This document shows, in pieces, positions 12,148 to 24,644 of a DNA stretch of 44,030 bases (the stretch's first letter is position 1; each line of letters opens with the position of its first letter). The DNA is from Macrostomum lignano (lineage: Eukaryota), in assembly GCA_002269645.1 (NCBI GenBank), contig NIVC01003170.1, positions 1 to 44,030 of the forward strand, written 5' to 3'. The notes under the pieces are model-generated. The model was not told where the DNA came from and did not search any database. It saw nothing but the letters and a program-made list of their open reading frames with translations. A program made the position numbers and the translations under genes.

Positions 12148-12716
12148 GTGAGCATTCTGTGCCGCATTGCAGAGCTTTTGCGTGACTTTGCTGACCGGTA
12201 CGAGGCGTAGGAGGCCGCTTTGTCTTTCCTTATACAACTCACGGTATGCTCAAACCCTCTGCCAGGGCTCTCCGATTGTCGTCAGGACTCGGACGAAGTT
12301 TTCTCAAAGGGCGAGACTGTGGAAGACTCTGTGCTTCGAGGTGCGTTGACGAAAATTCTTTTCTAAGACTTATAGAAATTGTGCAATCATCAGAACCCAA
12401 CCTCGATATTGAAGGCATAGATACACTCTTAGACTGCTTTAGCTTTTTACGACGAATTTTGAAGTTAATTCAAATGAATTTTTACATGAATTTTCATGTC
12501 TTCACAGGCCAGTGATTTGCAATAGGCATAGCGATCTGCTTAAGAAATGCGGGTTTCGCGCTTGCATTTCTCAGAGACCTATCCAGTGCAGCAGTATCTA
12601 GGCTGCAAGTAGAAAGAATTGGCTCAACAAATTCCCATAAAGAATCAACAAAGCAAAAGCAACACCTGGGGTTCAGCGCGAACCGACTAATCTGCAAATT
12701 GCGATTGCCCGATTAG

Positions 12717-13086
12717 CAGCTCCCGCCTCGGTTCCGCTCACAACAGGCCAGCCGCGCCGGCATCACATGATGAAGTTCAGATTCGATAGCAGCGAGATGC
12801 TGGATCGGTCGGCCATGCAGCTCGCCTCCACCACCGAGGACGAGGTCTCTGAGGCCGACATCAGCAACCTCATCGTTGTGGCCCCGCCAACTCGCGCCCG
12901 AGACGGTGAAAGCGGCGTTGGGGGCCAAGAATCTGCCGAGGGTCTGGCGATGAAGTCCAAGGCTGCCGCTGCCGCCGCTGCCGCTGTGTTCGGCGCCCAC
13001 GGTCAGCAGCAGGGGATCGGCGGTGTGGGCTACGTGTTTGGAGGCGGTCGGGGAAAGCGGCTCACGTCTGCCAGCAGTCATTGTAG
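12717..13086 (+). CDS. LARP1: LARP1 central exon
   Basis: Tandem TAG/CAG acceptor (start 12717 or 12720) in phase 1. EDEVSEADISNLIVV resembles the conserved LARP1 central motif; donor ag|gtgag. Confidence 0.75.
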
Positions 13087-13330
13087 GTGAGCTGCAGCTG
13101 CGCAGATACTGTATGCTATTTGCTTATAGGCTTAATCCTGCTGCTCAACTGTAAGTTGGACTTGAAAGCCTGAATGGAGAATTTCGCCCACAAACAGCGA
13201 TGCTTCTGGAAAGCAGTGCCTACTAATGATGGCTACTGATGCTGCGTCTTACGCTCGTATTAGGTTTTGGCCACTTCAGGATTAAACACTTCTTTTCAAA
13301 ATACAAATGCAGACTTACATTCGTGGTATC

Positions 13331-14089
13331 ACCCACCCACCCGGACTCTGTGAGCTCTCACCCACAGCCCCACCACCCACCCGGACTCCTGTGAGCTCTC
13401 ACCCACTTGCACCCCTGTGAGCTCTCACCCACCCGCACTCCAGTGAGCTCTCACCCACAGCCCCACCACCCACCCGGACTCTGTGAGCTCTCACCCACAG
13501 CCCCACCACCCACCCGGACTCCTGTGAGCTCTCACCCACCTGCATCCCTGTGAGCTCTCACCCACCCGCACTCCAGTGAGCTCTCACCCACAGCCCCACC
13601 ACCAACTCCGACTCCTGTGAGCTCTCACCCACAGCCCCACCACCCACCCGGACTCCTGTGAGCTCTCACCCACCTGCACCCCTGTGAGCTCTCACCCACC
13701 CGCACTCCAGTGAGCTCTCACCCACAGCCCCACCACCAACTCCGACTCCTGTGAGCTCTCACCCACAGCCCCACCACCCACCCGGACTCCTGTGAGCTCT
13801 CACCCACAGCCCCACCACCCACTCCGACTCCTGTGAGCTCTCACCCACAGCCCCAACACCCACCCGGACTCTGTGAGCTCTCACCCACAGCCCACCACCC
13901 ACCCGGACTCTGTGAGCTCTCACCCACAGCCCACCACCCACCCGGACTCTGTGAGCTCTCACCCACAGCCCCACCACCCACCCGGACTCTGTGAGCTCTC
14001 ACCCACAGCCCACCACCCACCCGGACTCCTGTGAGCTCTCACCCACAGCCCCACCACCCACCCGGACTCCTGTGAGCTCTCACCCACAG
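13331..14089 (+). repeat. Intronic minisatellite, about 40-bp unit (CCCACCACCCACCCGGACTCCTGTGAGCTCTCACCCACAG) with variant subunits
   Basis: Directly visible tandem copies. Confidence 0.97.
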
Positions 14090-14129
14090 CATTCACAGTT
14101 TACCCATAGCCCACCTCTTCATACTCCAG

Positions 14130-14290
14130 CGAGTTCTCAGCCTCTCCTGGTCTGGCAAACAATCTACCTGGCGAGCTGGTGACTGCCGCCTCCGCTTCGA
14201 CTGCCGGCCTTCATCCATCGCAGGTTCTGCTGCAAGAGCAGGGATTCAATTTTGTGGACTACAACCACTACCACAAAAAGTGCCTACAAG
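14130..14290 (+). CDS. LARP1: LARP1 exon preceding DM15
   Basis: HPSQVLLQEQGFNFVDYNHYHKKCLQ matches the LARP1 motif HPSHELLKENGF...YHKYRRRCL. Acceptor ctcttcatactccag (5' boundary uncertain); donor g|gtgcgt. Confidence 0.8.
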
Positions 14291-14316
14291 GTGCGTTGTA
14301 CCTGAGTTCTGGTTGA

Positions 14317-14793
<477 letters not shown>

Positions 14794-15521
14794 TAGCCAC
14801 TTTTCAGGAATTTGAAAGTTAATCAACGCGTTTTGTCTAAGAAATATAAATAAGAAAACCAACATAGGTTGCTTTAATTAAATCAGTTAGTCAACGCGTT
14901 TCGGTCCGCCAAGTGCCATCATAAAGGTCTGAGCTATATTTCACGCATGCATCAAATCATATAAGAAAACGTTTCTGTACAGTCCAAAGAGAAGATCATG
15001 GGGGGCAGATTGTCCAAAGAGAGTACATTATGGATGGAAGTTTTTTAAACACGCGAGCTAGCTGCAATGGTTTGTGTCTACACTTAGAATACGATTCGCA
15101 CCACTGTGAATAAACTGGACATTGAGACTTGATTTTTGGTTCTTGATCTCAAACCCTGGAGATGGCCTTGACGGACCGAAGCGCGCTGGCTGGCTGAAAG
15201 ATTTGAGTAAAGCAGCCCATGTTTGTTTTCTTATTTATTTTCTTTGCTTACTTGAGCGAGCTAGCTCGTACTTTACCTCAGTTTTGTTTAACTGGCGTCT
15301 TCAGCGCTCTCAAGCTTTCTGCTTCTGCCTTGGTTGGTTTTCTGCCTCTAACAATCACTGCGAAAGCCGCAAATGCGATTTCAAAGAAAGGAAGAATTTA
15401 TGATCGCTTAGTTGAAACTGAAGATATCGGTTAGAGGCAGAAGAAATGCTGCAGTGACTGCATTAGTGTTACGTTTGCGTTTCTTATTTTGCTGAAATTC
15501 TTTATTGCCTTTGAAGCATAA

Positions 15522-16208
<687 letters not shown>

Positions 16209-18690
16209 TAATCCAACCTTTGCTCGTACGCTCTTACAGCTCGTATTACTGCTAGCTTTCTGTGTCTGCACCAACTGTCTCTTTGTCTTTGCTCTCACAA
16301 ACTTATTTGTCCAATTTGCACCCACGTTTTTGTGCCCCGCTGCCCGCCTTTCTTTGACCGGAGTGGGAGCTGCTGGGCTGCATTCAAGTTTAAGATTGTT
16401 CTCGTTGCAGGATTGTTAGGGAGGATTATTTTATGATGACGTCTGAATAACCTATCTCTTCTGACCATGAGTTCTGGTTGTGAAAGCAGAAACTTAGTTC
16501 TGTTTTGGAAACGCCTATTTTATTGCTGTTATAGCCATCCTGATTGATCTCTCAGCAATGACAGCCCCGAATTCGCGGAGTTCGCTTCCAAAAACTTCGC
16601 AATGCAAATTTATTTGTGAGTTTTTTATTTCTAATCCGTACACACCTTCTACTTGAACTCCAGAGCGCATCTATATCATTTATATTTTTTATCTATGCAA
16701 ATTCCGACAAAGCCTCTATACTGCTACTCTCCTTGTCGCAATCGTTATTACTAGTCAGTAGCCTGTCGTGGTCATTTTATTGCATCTTTTGCCTACCCAA
16801 TGCAATAAGCCTCTGTTGCGCCATTTTTCGTATGGTTCATCCATCTGCCCTACATTCAACTGCAGTTTGGCTTTTGCCTTGCTTTCGCGCTAGAAGCAGT
16901 CTAGCACACTGCATGATTTCCCTTTTACAGCTTATCCCTCACATACTTGACAAGAGTAGCTTTTGTTCCTACGGAATTATGGAACTTTTTAACAAAAATC
17001 AATCGCAACTCTAAATATTTTTCATCCACAAATTATCTTTTGTTTTATTACTGTGTAGTCCCCATTCCAGCATACTTTGTGTTGTGCATTTCTGTGCTTT
17101 CTCGTTTTGTTGTGCAATTAAGATACACTGATTATCGAATATTTTAATCGTTTTTATTTAAATTGTTGTGCAGTTAATCAAGACCCAATGGTCCAATCCA
17201 CGAATCTGACAGTTTTAGCACTTTTATATTCTAATCCGCTGTATACCGCAATAGTTTTACGCTCCGAGCATTTTGTTGTGTCCATGGAAATCTTCAAGTT
17301 CCCTTCACTTTTGGATGCAGAGCGCTTCTGTTCTGGTGCCTGACCCGGCCCGTGTTGCAGCTTGCTGTGGTAACATTTTCGCAGAGCCGCACAGTTCAAT
17401 GCGAATAACTATTTTCGAAGATTTGCAGGCTAAGCGTCTCAGGTGCGACTTTTGGGGGAAAAATCACGCCAGAAACTGGGCGCTCATTTTCTGCAGATGG
17501 AAGAGCAGCTGGTGTTGGCGTCTGGCTCTGTCATTATTTTTTTAGCCTCTATTCGGCTTTTGTCCCAACGAATAAATAAACTGAGCCTTCAGATTCGCAA
17601 AGCTTTATTCTGTACAGCTAAAATTGCCTCGTGGATCTCCCTGTGATTTTATTCGCTCAGGATTTTTGAGGCCCTCGATGAAAATATTTTTCCTCGCTAA
17701 GCAAGTGTCGCGATGCATCCACGGTCCCAGCTGCGTCCCCGCATCCCATTTGAATAGAGCTGCCACAGGTAATCTATGCTGCTTAATTAGACCCGGTCGC
17801 TAATGGCCGGGAAGACTGTGCTCTTGGTGAGAGGCTTAGCACGGGTGCTGGGGGCTCATGCGGAATTTCTTATGCGACTGCCGTTGAAAGTGCCCGCCGA
17901 TGCATGCGAAATCCCGCATGCTGCCTGCTCGTATTCGGAGCTTCAGAGCCGAGTTATCCGTGCGGTTCTAAATCTGAGCCTTTTTAAGTAAGTAGGATAA
18001 TCTCCGAATAGCAGCAGGGTGGGTGTGGGCTACTACCAGCCTAAGTCTCATATTGAGCCGTCCCTTATTCGAATGCTCAAAGCTGCCGGGAATGCGCTGT
18101 CTAAGCGCGTGTATAAGTGCGTGTATAAGCGCGTCTTCAACGGTCGGCTAAAGGTTCATGAGTGCAGAGTAGCTGCAGAGACTCGGTGTGGATACTGGTT
18201 TGAAAACTTGTACAAGTAGCACAAAGTAGCAAATTTTAAAAAGAACCTCATCAGAGCGTTTAATAAGTATTTAAATGTGAAGCTCATGGTCACTTTCCGT
18301 TGCGAGAAAATCGGTCGTTTTGTTAAGAATTTGAAATGCCGCGTTCCCAGCTCCTTACGGGCAGGTGTCGTTTACCAATTTCAATGCTCTGGCGATCAGA
18401 GTATCACCTACATAGGTGAAACTACCCGACACCTGTACGTGAGAAGTAGAGAACATAGGCAAAAGATGTCGGCCGTGCACTACCACCTACCTGTTGATAT
18501 GCAAAGAATGCTGTGCCAGCCAAATAGATAAAAACTTTTCCACCATCCATACGTGCTCAAATGAGTACAGAAAAAGTGCTTGAAGCCCTGTATATAAAAT
18601 CGCGTAAACCAATCCTAAATAAGCAACTTGCCAATCACGGTGCCAGTGCCCTCCTTAGAGTATTCTAGGTGTACACTTGTGCTCATCTCA

Positions 18691-18747
<57 letters not shown>

Positions 18748-18764
18748 TCTCCCTCTCTCCCCTC
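18691..18764 (+). repeat. (CT)n microsatellite
   Basis: Directly visible. Confidence 0.98.
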
Positions 18765-18897
18765 ATTGCATCTCTGTGAGCGCTCCGTCGGACTCTACAA
18801 TCTACTGTTAATTTATATACATTTCTGACTTTTATCGACCCGTTCTTAGTCTTAATTGTTAAATATTAATGAACAAATAAATCGTTACTAATTTTAA

Positions 18898-18937
18898 GAG
18901 CCTGACGATGCCTGACGCGAGGCGAAACATGTCGCAT
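18898..18937 (+). ncRNA. Minimal hammerhead ribozyme motif (PLE-associated)
   Basis: CUGACGA-U-GCCU(gacgcg)AGGC-GAAA-CAUG-UC: core boxes, 4-bp helix II, palindromic ACAUGU helix III and GUC cleavage triplet. Helix I is only about 2 bp. Confidence 0.7.
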
Positions 18938-18961
18938 AAAAAATGATAGCGCTCACCTTCT

Positions 18962-19352
18962 TCTAAATATACTAAATCTCTAAGGTTTGTATGCTTGAAT
19001 GAATGAATGTCCATAACGCTCTAGAGATTGCAATTCTTCACCGATTTTGATCGCGTTTTCGCCAAAAGATTCAAAATTGTCTGGAAAGAAGACAGTTAAA
19101 ATTTCTTTACTCTGCTTCAATGCTAAAGGGATTAAATATTCGAAAAACTGTTTTAAATGGCCTTTTTCAATGCAAATTTTATCAGCCAGAAACTTCACTG
19201 CCAATTTTAATTGATTGCGCCAGAGCGAACTGATAAGAAAACTCATGGGCCCCACTGCCCAGATAATTACTCTATTTAAATTGCGCAACCATACCAGAGG
19301 TCAAAAATAAAATTATTCTGGAGGCTAGCAGCGAGCTCTTTAAGCGTCTAAG
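18962..19352 (+). mobile_element. Non-autonomous Helitron-like repeat, copy A
   Basis: Near-identical to 23684-24037; TC start and a degenerate 3' hairpin. Further fragments at about 19385-19500 (+) and 21980-22060 (inverted). Confidence 0.6.
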
Positions 19353-21045
19353 ATCAGTTTTTCGTAACGCTCTACGGACTGAAATTCTTGACCAATTTTG
19401 ATCGCGTTTTCGCCAAAAGATTTGTAATTATCTGGAAAAAAGACAGTTAAAATTTCTTGGATCTGCTTCAATGCTAAAGGTATTAAATATTCGAAAAACA
19501 AGTTTATCTAAATGCTTTTGATTTGAAATGAATTCTTGACTGGCTGAATTCCAATTCCAAATGATTGCGCCACAACTGCGTACTGCATAGTCTCGCTATA
19601 AACTGACTCTGAGCTTTTCAGCAGGAGGCAGTGTGCCAAGCATTGCGCAGGCACTCTGGAGGGAGAGAGAAATCAGCCAGTGCATTTTAAAAGTATTGAA
19701 ATTGAGAGATTTACTAAACTGTGCAATGGCTCTGCCAGCACCAAAACTGTGCACACTGAGCAGGCTATCACTGCTATGTATTTGACTGCAGTGCCGAAGC
19801 ATATATGTCTGATTTTTGCGCCCTTCCATCAGTAGGCGGAATAGCCGCAGTGTAGGCACTAGGACTAGGTTTAGGCTAGGCGTAAGGTCCAAGGTTCGAG
19901 TCCGCCTCCCTGGTGGATAATTAAAATAAGTAAATTCATTCTTTTGTAGCTTGTGACTCGACTAAATATAACATATTTTTATTAATTATAATTGCAACAT
20001 TTTTTATTAATTAGCAAATAATTTTTGCTACTTGGCACAAGCCACTTATAAAATTTGATTTTAAAAAACTGCTTCGTGCATTACTGATCCCATCAACGAG
20101 TACTGCCTCGCACCATGAAAGTATGAAATTGCTATTAAACTGCAGACCATGCTGTTAAAATTGCTTAAAGGTATTGCTAAATTTTGAGCTTTTTAAGAAT
20201 GCCGATATGTACTGAAAATTGTTTAGTGAGCCGTAAAATGCTGAGCACATTTTTAGATTATTTGAAGATTGGAAGATTATTGGAAAGGAGAAGAGAAGAT
20301 GCTGAGGGGAACTGCAGATTGTCAAAGGGATCATTCATGCAGACTGCTAAGGGAAAAATGGAACAAACTGCTGAGGTAGTTCCTCCACACTTATGAGTGC
20401 ATAGCAGCAAACTGTTGAGGGGATAACTATCTACAGAGTTTAAAGTGGATAATAGCTGTGAAGAATTAAGTGCAAGTTGTTGAGTGGATAACTGCGGACT
20501 GCTGAGTGAATTATTGTAGTTTGCTGATGTTAATGAAAGTTGTAGACGGCACAGTGGATATCTGCAGGCTGCTAAGTGTATGACTGCAGTCTGTTTGTGG
20601 GATTAGAAGTGATAGCTAATTTCAGGATGTTGTGGAGATAACTGCCGATTTCAGGGGGGGGGGGTTAACTTCAAACTGCCGAAGTTACTAAACTTCTTGA
20701 ATACTATAAGGCTTTTAGCAGAAGGTCGGCAGTTCGAGTCTGTATTGAAGCAGCGAATTTATCTTTGTGACAATAATCATTGTTTCCTATGAGGATTCAT
20801 GCAAATTTTTAGCATTTTTATTTTGTAGATACTTTTGCTGGGGCTACGCTAAGCTTTAAGAGCAGCGCTAATCGGGGTGAGCAGTGCTAATCTGATGTAT
20901 AAAATAAAATAATAAATATGTAAGGGGATTACAAATCAATTTTAACCTGCAAGTTGACAAAGCATTTCATATGGTTTCGATTATCCAGAAACAATATGGC
21001 AATAAGCAAAGATTAGTGACCATCTGCTTACTGATTGTGCAAAAC

Positions 21046-21602
21046 AGTGCTGGTGAATCATTGCTAAACTGCTGGTAAATCATTGTTAAACTGCTGGTGA
21101 AGCATTGTTAAATTACTGGGGAAGCATTGCTGATATGCTGGTGAACCATAGCTAATGCAAACTGCTGGTGAAGCATTGCTAAACTGCTGGCGAAGCATTG
21201 CTAAACTGCTGGTGAACCATTGTTGAAATGCTGGTAAAGCATTGCTGAATGCTGGTAAACCATTGCTGAATGCTGGTGAAGCATTGCTAAACTGCTGGTA
21301 AACCATTGCTGAAATGCTGGTGAACCATTGCTGAATGCATGGTGAAGCATTGCTAAGCTGCTGGTGAAGCATTGCTAAACTGCTGGTGAAGCATTGCTAA
21401 ACTGCTGGTGAAGCATTGCTAAACTGCTGGTGAAGCATTGCTAAACTGCTGGTGAAGCATTGCTAAACTGCTGGTGAAGCATTGCTAAACTGCTGGTGAA
21501 GCATTGCTAAACTGCTGGTGAAGCATTGCTAAACTGCTGGTAAACCATTGCTAAACTGCTGGTGAAGCATTGCTAAACTGCTGGTGAACCATTGCTAAGC
21601 TG
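21046..21602 (+). repeat. 22-bp minisatellite (AAACTGCTGGTGAAGCATTGCT)
   Basis: Directly visible, about 25 copies. Confidence 0.97.
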
Positions 21603-22559
21603 CAGAAAGCTATGGTAAAATATTGTAATTTTTTTAATAAAAACTTTTAAAGAGAAGAAAACGCAACGCAAGAAAAAGCGAACAAGAATCATCATATCAA
21701 TCATAAATGAAGCGCCCTGTCGAACGTAAAAGTCTCATCGGGAATTGCTTAGACTGTTAAGACTGCTAAGACTATTGCTACGAGCATAATGCTGGTATGG
21801 CAAATTGCTGTGATATCAAGACTCACGGTAGAATTTATAAGATCTCAAGGCTCAGGGGGAATTGCTATAATTATGTCATTCTGGGAAGAATTGCTTTGAT
21901 TTCAAGTTTAATTTGTGAAATTGCTGAAATTATTTGTTAAAATGCAAGTGCCAAGATATCGAAAGGTTAGTCACTCAATTTTCTTCTTTCCAGATAATTA
22001 CAAATCTTTTCGTAAAAACGCGATTAAAATTGGTCAATTGGTTCTATCTCTAGAACGTTCGTGGTGAAATTGCTAACATTTCCAAAGCTCATTGGGGAAT
22101 AGCTGAAATTCGACTACAGGTTAAGGGTTATGGTTTTGGTTAAATTATAGAGCGATCGTCGTGACAACCATCAATGATCCATCGAGGAATTGCTAAGATT
22201 AAAGGCTCTTGGGGCGAATTACGAGTACTTAAATGCTTTGGCTCTACGGGAAATTGCTGACAGGTCAAGGCTTTCGGTGAAATTCAGATTACAAAGCTTA
22301 TGAGGAAGTTACTTTAATGCTGAGGCTCAAGGCTCATAGTGGAAATTGCTAACATGCCAAGACTCACTTATGGGTAGGTTTGGGGCTTAGGGTCAGTTTT
22401 GGTTCAATCATAGACTAACCGCTGTCAACAATCAATTAAAGACTTGCTAAGATATCAAAGCTCATGGGGGAATAGCTGAGTTATCAAGGCTTATAAGGGG
22501 ATTGCTGAATTCTTGGGAGAGGGGAGTTGGGTTGTTGGGATGTCAAGGCTAAATACTGC

Positions 22560-23150
22560 GCTGGGAGAATTGCTGCAATGTCGAGGCTTAATGGGGGAAT
22601 TGCTGAGATGTCAAGTCCTACTAAGAATTGCTGAGATGTCAAGGCTTTCTGGGAATTGCTAAAATGTCAAGTCCTACTGGAAATTGCTAAAATTTCTATG
22701 CTTACTGAGATGTCAAGGCTTACTGGGGAATTGCTGAGATCTCAGAGCTTACTGGGGGAATGCTGAGATTTCAAGGCTTACTCGGGGAATTCCTCAGACG
22801 TCAAGGCTTACTGGGGGTATTGCTGAGATGTCAAGGCTTACTGGGGGAATTGCTGAGATCTCAAGGCTTACTTGGGGAATTACTGAGATGTCAAGGCTTA
22901 CTGGGGGAATTGCTGAGATGTCAAGGCTTTCTGGGAATTGCTAAAATGTCAAGTCCTACTGGGAATTGCTAAGATTTCTATGCTTACTGAGATGTCAAGG
23001 CTTACTGGGGGAATTGCTGAGATGTCAAGGCTTACTGAGGGAATTGCTGAGATCTCAAAACTTACTGGGATAATTTCTGAGATCTCAATGCTTACTGGGG
23101 GAATGCTGAGATTTCAAGGCTTACTGTGGAAATTGCTGAGACGTCAAGGC
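22560..23150 (+). repeat. About 30-bp minisatellite (CTGAGATGTCAAGGCTTACTGGGGGAATTG) with a 284-bp higher-order duplication
   Basis: The variant block starting at 22641 recurs at 22925. Confidence 0.92.
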
Positions 23151-23683
23151 TCATGGACGATGGCTAAATTTTTTTGGGGGGTGTTAGGTTGTTGGGCGAT
23201 TGTCAGATAGTCAGGTAGTACGGCTCAAGTAGCTCATGTAATTCAGATAATGAAAAAGTACACACAAGTGATGCTGATTTCTGCTAATAGGAAATACCAG
23301 CGCATTTAATCCTTTGCGCTGGTTTGATCCTTTGATTTAGGCTAATTTAGAGAGAGGGTCTAAGGCCGTCAGAGATTTGCATATTGAGCTCCTGCTGCGG
23401 ATCAGAATATGCCCCGGCCAGTGACGATATGCATCAAGAGTTTGTGCTTGAAAGGATAAGCACTATTTGCTGATTTAGAAAGGGTTTTGAGCTGATGAAC
23501 GAAACTTTTTTGGCTAATAAAATTCGGATTGACGACAATTTATTTCTGCCAAAATGAGAAAAGGTAATTTTTGATTATTGGAAATCAAAATTTTGGATGA
23601 TTATAGTAAGGTTACTCTTGTGCCAAAATAAAAACCAATTGGTGTCATTTTCAAGGCTCCCCAGCGGGGGGCTAAATGGCTAG

Positions 23684-24037
23684 TCTAAATATACTAAATC
23701 TCTAAGCTTTGTATGTTTGAATGCTTGCTTGTCCATAACGCTCTAGAGATTGCAATTCTTCACCGATTTTGATCGCGTTTTCGCCAAAAGATTCAAAATT
23801 GTCTGGAAAGAAGACAGTTAAAATTTCTTGTATCTGCTTCAATGCTAAAGGGATTAAATATTCGAAAAACTGTTTTAAATGGCCTTTTTCAATGCAAATT
23901 TTATCAGCGAGAAACTTCACAGTCAATTTTAATTGATTGCGCCAGAGCCAACTGATAAGAAAACTCACTGAGCCTCACTTAAAGGGGGGCAATAAAAAAA
24001 TTATTCTGGATGCTGGCAGCCAGCTCTAATTAGCTAG
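23684..24037 (+). mobile_element. Non-autonomous Helitron-like repeat, copy B
   Basis: Starts TC and ends with hairpin GCTGG-CAG-CCAGC (24012-24024) then CTAG (24034-24037) and T. Directly preceded by another hairpin+CTAG end (23656-23683). Confidence 0.7.
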
Positions 24038-24644
24038 TTCCTATATACTAAAAATGAGTTGTTTGTTTGTACGCAATCGATTAGAGAAAAAATGGCTGGA
24101 CCGATTTTCATGAGACTTGCACTGTTCGATCAGAAATTTTCCTGGGACGGTACATGCATCTTGGCTAAGAAATTGCTCCATGTTAAAGCGATTAAATATT
24201 CGAAAAACATGCTTTTTTGCAAAGGTCAAGCAAACTTTTCGACTTGAAATGCATTGTAAGAATGCTAGAGAAAAAACTGACTGGTTGAATTCTGATTCTG
24301 AAATGGATTACATCATAACTGAATTGTAACTCCGAATTGAATTGCGTCACAGTATTGAAAATGCAGTGTGGAAGCGTAGCACCAGACTTGATTTAGATTG
24401 CGCAACCATATTGTTAACTGATACTGACTGACTGAGAAATTGATTATGTAATAACTGCCTCGTGTGATTTACTCTATGCTTGGAGTTTTGAAACTTATAA
24501 CTATAAGTGCTGAATTCATGTTATCAAAACGATGAGAGCTAGCCTAGAGGTAAACAGACTGAACTGCTAAATGCAGAAACGATGGTTCGAATTTTTAGAG
24601 AGTAGAGTTTTTTAATTAAAGCTTTTTAACGCCAAGAAAACTAA

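Larger units (their letters stand above)
18220..18960 (+). mobile_element. Penelope-like element 3' fragment (GIY-YIG endonuclease and 3' UTR), decayed
   Basis: GVVYQFQC...TYIGETTRHLYVRSREH, followed out of frame by LEALYIKSRKPILNKQ, is typical of the PLE GIY-YIG domain. Confidence 0.85.

Noticed and set aside
16616-17014. Hydrophobic ORF downstream of LARP1
   Set aside because: No recognisable domain on either strand; probably UTR or intergenic.
17655-17675. GATTTTTGA as the Sm site of an snRNA or SL RNA
   Set aside because: No leader, donor or snRNA-like flanking sequence recognised.
19880-20760. B-box-like GTTCGAGTC motifs near 19893 and 20731 as tRNA genes
   Set aside because: No cloverleaf or clear A box; at most decayed SINE heads.
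18980-23968. Two near-identical minus-strand ORFs (18980-19288, 23702-23968) as duplicated genes
   Set aside because: They lie within copies of the Helitron-like repeat; similarity is explained by the repeat.
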